Shown here piece by piece: positions 54,015 through 64,000 of a DNA stretch of 64,000 nucleotides (position 1 is its first letter; every line of letters starts with the position of its first letter). The translations under genes were made by a program, and so were the position numbers. The notes under the pieces are model-generated. The model saw only the letters and a program-made list of their open reading frames with translations, searched no databases and was not told the origin of the DNA. This DNA is from Tubiluchus corallicola (Eukaryota; Animalia; Priapulida), in NCBI GenBank assembly GCA_030141605.1, contig JAQGDQ010000048.1, positions 817,466 to 881,465 of the forward strand, given 5' to 3'.

Positions 54015-57000
54015 TCTAATTTTTAATTATTCAAAATTCTTTGATAATTCCACATCAAATTATGCAAGTCTTAGATGTAACTTCGAATTGTTATATAGTT
54101 GCCTTACCTCATTGCCAAGACTTTGCAATGATTGGACGATGAATTAAAAATCCTCTCATCAATACGGAATTTAAACATAAATACAAAGCCAACATTTTCA
54201 ATAAGTATATAAGTCTCCCTCAAATATCTGCTGTAGCTGCTCCTTCACTACTACCACATTGATTATTATCAGTATATAAGTTACGTTATACTTTTATTTA
54301 AGAATATAGTATTTATCGCAAAACACACCACCATCCACCTCTCCCCATTTTTCGCGCTAATTTTTTCCTAAACTTTATTATCACTACTAACCTTGTTTTC
54401 TTCCCTTTTTTTCACATGTTCAGAAAACTTTTAAAAGCTCTCAGCTTCTTCAGCCTTCTGCTGTACAAAAGGTAGGAGCTATGTAAATTGTTCTGATATG
54501 ATATTAATTATTTTGTTAATTTTCGATGTAATTTTATTTTTGCACACGTATATGTTCTCTACTATTGTACTGATATGAAAATAAATTACATACCAATTAT
54601 ATTTATTTACACATAAAACATACATTACTTCTGTTGTCATACATCGCAAATTCTCAACAGCAAGACAATTGTTTGCGCTGAGCTAATTTTCTGCACATTA
54701 TTTATTTGCTCTGCTTTATTATTCAATTAATAATAAAAAACCTCGACTTACAATGCGACCAAGAAATGCCCTATACAGAAGAGTCAGTGGCGTTTTTTGA
54801 AAAAAAATAGACACTTATCTGCTTAAGAGGGTTACTGCGGCAGTACAAACGAGGTGAGAGTGAGTAAAATTAGCCATAATACTGAGTCTTACTAAATATT
54901 CTGCAAAAACACAACTACGAACTATATGTTAAAATGCCTCCTTTAAAGTCATAGCAATATTAACACAAGATCCATATTCCGTCAGTTGGTTCTCTGTCTG
55001 AGGTCTCTGTTTCTTAATAAAACCATTATACTTTCGGAATAATCATCTTCCCACCAGGAGCACCTTTACCTTTGTCTTAATCTATTTAGGCCAGTATTTT
55101 GTCAATTAACAAAATCACGTTTTCTTTCGTCCTCGTATTGCAATAACGTTCTTTCCAGTTTCTACGCCATGTTTTTGGCTCGGCTAAGTAGAATCAGAAG
55201 GATTAAATATTTACATGCGGCCTGACAGCCGGAAGATGAATGATTTTCATTTTGGTTCTTAAACAGATTCGGCTATTAGTAAGTTAATTGAACAGACGTA
55301 TATTTGGACATGTTGTTACACTCGAATGACATACACACATACAACTGCCATGCTGCCAAAACACATGTAATCGAAAGGCAAAGCTTTTAACATATTGCAG
55401 ACAACCTGAGATAGGGAGTTGCTTTGATTTTTACTCTCTGGTCGCCATTTTTTGTGTTGTCGCAGTATTTTACTTTTTACAATTGACTAAAAGAAAAATC
55501 AGTAGAAACAAATGAACTTACGTAATACGAACAATCACGAAAAGATAGAACGTAATTAATAAAAGCTAGACATTAAACACAGAATGACCCTTCACTTATT
55601 TATTTATTTCGATCAAAATTTTGGTGCGGCGAAAATTTTGAGCAAAATTTTATAATGGTATTCGTATTCCTCTTAAATATCCCAATATTGTGACGTTTAG
55701 GAAAGGGGTGAAAATTCATTATTATGTTGCTTGAAAACCATAAACGTAATACCCAACTTATAGAATATGGTCTTATGCCCTTCACTTGTTTTTTGTAATG
55801 CCCCACTCTCGTCTGTCTTTCGCTAATTTTGCTGGCTACCAACTTCCGTTTCCTCACTTCCTTCAGTTAGGACACGAAACACTATATTTATCGCCTGCAC
55901 GATTGCGAATGAAAACATCTAGCTTATATGTGTATATATAATTAAAAAATGCGCGTTATATAGTCAGACGCAAAATTTTGTTTTGTTTTCAAGTATCTAG
56001 TAATACCAAATATCAGTAGGCGTGTAGTCATTCAATACTGTCTATAGATGTATAGTCCTATATGCTATATTATTGATAAAAGCACAAAGAAGAAACGTCT
56101 GACCAACTTACCGGGGAATTAATCTCATTAATCTCTCGTTAAATACAAGAAATTAGCCAGAAACAAACAAACTCCCAGACGGCTGAGCCTAATGCCAACA
56201 ATGAAATCGACAAGAGACCACTCTAGGGTAACAAAGTTACACAGTTTTATCCGAAATGGTTTGCTGACCAACTCCAGGGTTAATTGCCATTAGCTCTTTA
56301 TCCATCTGGGAAACTAAATTGGCTTCTTTCGCTGCCTGGCTCACAATTGGTTTCAAAGAAACAAGTATATTATCTATTTGGGCTGAGTTCTCAACTGCTC
56401 AGTCGTAAGAAACACAGGAATTTTAAAAAAATTTTGATATGTCTATCGGTCAGGACACTATGCTGAAATGATATGTCTAAATGAAACAAAAATTACAACA
56501 CAGGAGACGCATACGCACTCGGACTTGAACTGTCGCCAAATAGACGACCTAGCACAGACTAACGTATTAAGCAGGTATCACCATCATCAGATTCTGGTTT
56601 ACGTTAGTACAAAAAAATCAATTTTTTGTTCATTTTTCAACATATAAAAACTGTTCATTTTGTGATTCATCTTAGAGTAAATGGCGCAGGACTGACAGTG
56701 CTGCCCCTATAAACAAAGCGAAACAGTTGTTAATGCATCTGGCATGCTCAAGTTTATAAACAAATCTAAACAGCTTCTGCGGAAACTGTCATTATTTAGA
56801 ATTAGAGGGAAAACTATCTGCGAATAGAGTTACTGACTGAGGCTGAATCTAAACGATCCACTTCTACACGGCGGGCTATTTTAAAAGAATCCGTCTCACT
56901 TACAAACCTATTGCTGGGATTATAGTAATGGCTCTCCGCCTTTCCCAAAGTTTTGGCTTCGCATACGGCTTTTTCGTCTTGAAAGCAACAATTATTTGCT

Positions 57001-57258
57001 TTGCTCTAGTTGAGTTACTGAACGGAGTTCCGGTCGGGATACATCTGGGTGGACAGAAAAATGTTTTTCTTGAAAGTTAGCTATTTAAACTTATTAAATA
57101 AGCTAAATCTTATTCACTTAAGTTCACTTTTTATTTAAGTATCCTATTACTTTTGTCCTAGATGTTCATAAATGATTGTAAAAGAGTAATCTAAGACCAT
57201 TTTCACACATCTTCCATTTGTACGATTGTACAAACAGCTGCTCAAATTCATACCGTTA

Positions 57259-57290
<32 letters not shown>

Positions 57291-57335
57291 GTTGGTGGTG
57301 TTGGTGTTGGAGCTAGTGATAGTGATAGTAGTGAT
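57259..57335. repeat. (GAT)n(GGT)n compound trinucleotide repeat
   Basis: Directly visible. Confidence 0.85.
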
Positions 57336-59117
57336 GACATTGTCGTTAATATCAATGATAGAGATAATGCAGACACTGGGGATCATAATGATGGTAGAAA
57401 CGATTTCGCTCATGTTCTTGTCTGAAACAGTTTTGAGCAGAAATTGTGAAGCCAAAGGAGGGGCAAATAACATTTGTTTACAAGCGAAGACTCGTCAAGG
57501 CAACAAAAGTTCAGAAAGGGAAAGGGTTAAACGCACAGGCTACCAGAGCGGAATCTAAACAGAGGCAGTTTATAAGTAACAACTGGAAAATATGCAAACA
57601 AGCTTCAGCTGGCTGGTGTACAGGACGTTGAAACCACTTGCCTCTTTTTACTCGTTTACATTGAAAATTACACTTAGGGCTTCTTAGATTACTTCTGGAA
57701 AATTACACATGGCATATCGAGAAAGTTAGAAGACAGCAGCAATTCGGCGCATAACGTGAACGTGCCTTCTTGTATTTTAATGTTAATCTAATTTATTTTT
57801 AAACTTCGTGCATTTAGGGACAAAGTCACATGTAAGGGTTCATCGTATATCCAGTCAAGTGCATTATAGCTACCGCTAGAAAAGAAGTTGGCAAGAAGTA
57901 ATCCTGCCCAAAAGAAAACAAAAGAAAAAAATTATTTATGGATCAAAGAAATCTAAAAACTAGTTCTGTAAATAAGGGTTGTGTGGTGTTTAGTGGAAAT
58001 GTACGAAACACACACTAACACTGAGGTTTGTTTTTCAGTGTCGTAGATTCTCGTTTAGCCAACACTCGAGAAAATTCTGGCGACATTTTTAATGAAAAAC
58101 TGCTCTAGCTTAAATCTCGCGAAAGAATTTCAGGATTACCGCCGTACATGATTTCAAAACTGATACGGTGCTTTACACTTTTTCCAAAGAAAGGAATCGT
58201 TTAGTTTATTCTTTTGTACATATAACTGCTTGGCCCATACAGCATGGATACAGAGGACCTATATTTTCAAATGCAATTGAAATATAGCAGTTACTGCAAG
58301 TAAAATGCGTTAATGTTTTGGAAAGCTTTTATAATATGCCACCACGTTTATTACAGACTTTTTCGTCAGCATGCTTAATAAAATTAAAATGGAGGGTTCT
58401 TTTCGTCTAAATAAGCTGTAGTGGAAAATCTTTTTAAATTGAAGTTTCAGTTTTAGTACTTTTGTATTTAATATTTCCTGTATTTGCACCCCCGTATGAT
58501 GTACGACCGAAAGCTATAGTATTTTCATTATTTTGTTAGCAAATGTTAGTTTACCGGGTTATAAAAAATATTTTGTTAAGCCGCACTTTCAATATCGTAG
58601 AAGATACTTTATAGAACAAAAACAATTTAATCATTTGAAACAGGTGAAATCCACACACGTTCATGGAAGTACATTTGTGTACAAACACACCAGCAGGAAC
58701 TGTTACCACTGTTACGACTGAGTATTTGAAGGTGACTTGATTTTTCACGGTTTCAATGACTGAATTTGATTGAATAATGAGTTTGCTGCATCAACATAGC
58801 AGCTGTGTGGGTATAGCAAGGGTGTGCTTAAAATGGCCAACCATATTCAAAAGGTCAAAATCGACTATCCGAAAAATATTAAAATTTTAGTGAATGCCAA
58901 ACCACGATTGGTACTTACTGATGACTTTAACGTAAGCACAGTATACTTAATTAAGCTATTTACGTTTTTGTTAATGTTAAATCCTCTTTTCCGAAACACC
59001 CTCTGACTTGTGTGTTAGTGCTCTCGCAATGTGCCCTTCAACCTAACAGTAAAGAGAAGGAAGCTAGTGTCAACATCATTCAATATTTACCAACTTGCAA
59101 TGCAGAAAACAACTTAC

Positions 59118-59194
59118 CAGTTATTAACTTGTAGTATTGTTAACCCTGTATCCTGTGCTAATTGCTTTTTCTGTTCTTCTGAGGGATACGGATG
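59118..59194 (-). CDS. Meis: Meis paralogue B, 77-nt homeobox exon ([26 protein letters not shown])
   Basis: Minus-strand acceptor ctttgtag and donor GTAAGT at 59117. Same length and phases as 10525-10601. Its upstream exons were not found in the window and presumably lie beyond 64000. Confidence 0.97.
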
Positions 59195-60649
59195 CTACAA
59201 AGAAAGAAAAATAAATTATGAAAAATGCAACATAGCTGTCAAGAGTACATTCTTGAGCAATTATAGGTTTAGTTCCTTTTTTATCTGATCGAATTAAACA
59301 TATCAGCACTATGAAAAGTACCACGCGAAAGCTCGTTGAGTTGTGTCGTCAGGTAGCTCTAGTCCAAGTACTGTTTCGACTGGACTGCCGCTGCACTGAT
59401 GTAGACTATATTCCACTTTATGGGCAAAATAAGTTCTTACGTTAAAAGAAATTTAAGTAATTTTCAAAAGCACAATCAAAGTCATGCATTAACTATTAAA
59501 CAGCCATTATTTGGTTAACTAATTATAGTAATGTGATTAATGGTTAACTAATAATACATTTCTTATTGCGCTATAAATTAATTTGTTTATACAGTATTTT
59601 TGGACATTACGCTTCATATGTGCAGAAAAGCGTGCCTGCTTCAACGACTTTTTGCTTCTGTACTCTATACAGGGTGCACACCAATTAAGCTATTCGGATT
59701 TATAAGCTCTTGTACTCTATCTGGCGACGCGATAATGTAGACCGCGCTTATATAAAAATGATTACAAGACAAATGTCTTACTCGCATTATTTTGCTATTA
59801 ATAATTAATAACTCTTTGTTATGAGACAATAAAATATTTAATGTTTGCATTTCATCTCTCTTTCCAGCCCCTCAAACAGCCATCAGCATTAAAACTCGGC
59901 ATAATTATTTCAAAAGCCGTAAATATTTCCAGGAGACACCATCGTACATGCAATCAAAACACATTAAACGGAATATGCAAATGAGCGTAAGTGCACTTAG
60001 GTATCTACACGAGACGGAATGACGGGTTTTAATGCAATTTCACTCGCACAATTAAAACTGTTTTTATTTGTTTAAACTCATTTGGCCGGCTGATTTCGAA
60101 TCATAATGCTATCATTTCGGCTTGATTAGCGAGTTGCTATAAAACACAGCAGGAATTATAATATTCCAGGTGGGTATTAATATTACATTATGCGCTGAGC
60201 ATTTTAGAATTTCTTCATCAAGATAGCTCGCATAATGTGGTTTACTGAGAAAGCTGAATAAACATGGCCGCATTGGCATAATGTTATTTTAATAGAATAT
60301 GGAATACAGCAACTTGATATTGTCAATTCTTAATCTAATGCATTGCTGGAAAGGCTTAAGAGATGTGATCATCTGGCACCAGACTACATTAAGCGATTTT
60401 ATACACGCTGTTGAGCAATAAACTAAATGCTTGAATTAGTTGAGAAAATTCAGAGCAGTTTCAAATTCCACGGTTTTCGTCAAAAAGTAAGTAAGTAAAA
60501 TGGAAACCACGAAGCCGAACAGCTCTTATAAGCTTCCTCAATTTTTTGCATAGAGTCATTGTTTAGTAATATATTTTTATATCTTCATTTGCAGGAATGA
60601 GAATATTTGAATAATTATTATATAATCTTAATGCCAAAATTATCATTAA

Positions 60650-60832
60650 TAATGGTGCAAACCCGCAACTAATTAAATTTTAAATCAAACTTGAAAGACA
60701 GTAATATGTGAAAAGTTATAGCACAGACTGGATTTCAAACTCTTTGTCAACTGTGGCTGTGTTCCAACTTTTCACATTTCCTGTCTTTCGAGTTTGGATC
60801 CAAATTTAATTAATTGTGGGTTTGCACCATCA
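60650..60832. mobile_element. Internally deleted second copy of the same palindromic element
   Basis: ATGGTGCAAACCC...CAAACTTGAAAGACAG...TTTTCACATTTCCTGTCTTTCGAGTTTGG...TAATTAATTGTGGGTTTGCACCAT. The right arm nearly matches 38441-38506. Confidence 0.75.
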
Positions 60833-61815
60833 AGAATGTTTGTTCATTGAGCTAAAGTACATGAAGAACATGACTGAGTAAAACACTATGTAACAAACGT
60901 AAGTAAAGTGCAAATATAAAATTTTCAAAGGTAAAGACTTGATTTAGCTCAAATGTTATGCAAGCCCTAGAAATGTTGCTACAGAAACATTAGTTTTGTA
61001 GAAGTTTATGTGTTTTTATATGTTTACATGTTTCCTGAAATGCTCCATTTGTAATACAATACCATCAAGTTTCATGACAATATTTTCAATCAACAAGAAA
61101 ATGAAAAGTTCTCCAAAATTAATAAGATTTACAAAATGCCAATCCGCTACAAACAGTTGTAGAAATCTGTTGCTTGAAAAATGTCACTATTGATTTACAG
61201 CGAGTTTTCAGTTTGAACGATTTTCATCTTGACTGCAATCCTCGACGTTTTCTTTCCCCAAGGATATGCATGCAGTTTAATAAATTTTTAAGCAATAAAC
61301 ATTCACATTTCAATAATATTTGCACCGTAAGTTGTAGTTATTTTTGCACTGTTCTATTTTGTCACTGCTCGTATTTTTTTACAAATTGCAACAACCTTGC
61401 CAATTCTCCTCTTTTCTCCGCTAGAATTTTTACGTTGTTTACAACTTTTGTTCTGAAATTATTCTCTTTTTTAGTAAACGGGCCGTTAAAAAACAAACAC
61501 ATTAGATACGTAACAACTGAAGCAATAATGATATACTATATGAACAATAATCATCACACAAGAGTTAACATGGTCGTAAAACGCATTAAGAAATCTACAT
61601 GTATAATATCAGGCCTGGGTATAATAACTATAGTTTTATAAAAGTGTATCACCAATAAAGCAACATGACCCATCAAATAACGATAAAATAATGAACTGTT
61701 CAATTGAGACCTCTTTATTTACAGCAACATTATAAGCTAAGTGCGAGTTTTTCAAAAAACAGCACTTATGTAAAAGTTTTAAATTGCATCGAAGATAAAT
61801 GTATTGACCAGCTTC

Positions 61816-62270
<455 letters not shown>

Positions 62271-64000
62271 TTTCATCTTCCTCCCTCTCTGTCACATTCA
62301 CTGCCTTCTCTTTTTCTTGCTCGCTTGCTTATCATTTCAGGTTATAACTGCCTCTTTCCGGTCTTATATTCTACTAATTTTCTACTCTTTCCCGTTTTCC
62401 CGGTCTCTTTTACCCTTTTCTCTTTTCATTTTTATCCTTTTTAACTCGATTCTCAATTGAAAACCCAACACAAACTGTTCTTGCAAGCAACCCATGCTCC
62501 GACTTTGACCAACTAACCCAATTCAATAAAATCCCATCGTTTGTTGTTATTTTAGATCAAGTCTTTTTCAGTTACCTTTACTGTGAAATACCAACCGAAT
62601 GAGAAAACTAACAGGAAGTTCTAAATAAAATACAAAACCCCTAAGTACTAACAAAACAATTTTGCTTTCTTCGAGTCCCAAGAAAACAAATTGGCCCTAG
62701 ATTCAGTGGCTAAATAGCTAACGACTGTCCATTTCAAATGTCAATTTGACAAGTATATAAACAAGTGACACTTGTCATGCATTCAAAGTATCACCCGATG
62801 ATCGCTTACTTTTAGACAATGCGTGGTTTAAATATAGACACATATATACGTTTGTACTAATTAGTCCTAGCCCGGATGTCGTGTACTAGCATGTGGATTT
62901 AGAAATGAAGGCTGACAAGACCAAACCATTCTAGTAAGCATTTGTAACTTTGTAATTTGCATTCAACTGTTAACGAACATGTACCAGTTTAAAACATCGA
63001 TGAAAGAAAGACATAATTTTTGCTTTAGAAGAATCTAAATCAGCGCATTATAACAAAGAATCGTCTACTGAATACAGTGCGAACTTCTGAGGCTGTCATG
63101 TTGCTGCTAATTTATAGGCCCTGCTATAGATATCAGCTTAAATTTATGGGTAATTTACAACATGGCGGACATTTTGTACGATGCGTATATAGTGTTAGCT
63201 ACCTAAAGCTGAGGATGTTATCAAAGAAACTGTTTTGATAAGTGCAAAATTTGTGCCTCTTGTAGCCACCACTTCCACTGATTCATACTGTCGTGAACAA
63301 AAATTTGCTTTGCACATCTCTGTTACACATTTTTGTCCCTTATAAATTATGCCGAACGGGTCTACAACATTTTTGCCCTTCTATGCTCTGTTATGAGATA
63401 AATTACCGTTTCAGTATTTTACTGTAGTCTTCTTAAAACGTTTTTGAATCATTCTCGCACCATTTTAGATGCATTAGAATTGTATATGTTATGTGCCTGG
63501 GCCGATATTTCAATATCTGGCGAAACTTTAATTATTGTTTTGCTTGTAGCAGTAATAGCTTATATTGTAATGTATGTAACAATGTATTATATTGTGGCAT
63601 TTTGGAAATGAACTAAACTAAACTAAACCCACTGGTTGATCATAAAATATGCCCCTATACCGGCACACATACGCTCCTTTCTACAGCCATTTATTTAATA
63701 ATTACGTTAAGCTCGGCTTTACATTATTTAGATAGGTAGTCTCTAGCAGCTGGGTTTCCGTGGTTTTATATACGTTGGCTTGTACACTGGCATGGTGATT
63801 TATGGTACGAGCGCTTGTATTTGTAGACTGGGATGCCTTAAATGTAGTCATAAACTAATCAAAGTCGGCACGTTCGCATAAATAATTCATCGTGTTTTAT
63901 TTACAAATGCGATAATTCGGTGGTACAGGTGTGTACAAAGCTTTATATTTGGCAGAGACAATTAATAGATTTTGGTTTAAATTATTTTTTTATTTTCTAC

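Overview
AT-rich animal genomic DNA, probably from an invertebrate and plausibly a spiralian; the species cannot be determined from the sequence. The window holds the 3' halves of two Meis/homothorax (TALE homeobox) paralogues arranged tail-to-tail. Gene A (+ strand) has coding exons at 3657-3808, 10525-10601, 17001-17059, 27169-27252 and 27955-28199. Gene B (- strand) has exons at 59194-59118, 44836-44778, 37508-37419 and 37124-36889. The two stop codons are about 8.7 kb apart and both 5' halves (MEIS domain) lie outside the window. The duplication looks old: synonymous sites in the 77-nt homeobox exon are near saturation and the introns are mostly unalignable by eye. Three observations stand out. 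(1) The last 153 coding nt of the two genes are about 95% identical and GC3-rich, suggesting local gene conversion across the inverted pair. (2) The two copies share a non-coding element, rich in TGACA/TAAT motifs, in the same intron. (3) Only gene A keeps an in-frame exon extension (GKSPLVTVFKRK...) with a second splice donor. The rest is long introns with decayed LINE fragments, palindromic MITE-like elements and microsatellites. Almost all entries in the ORF track are spurious. All alignments and counts were done by hand.
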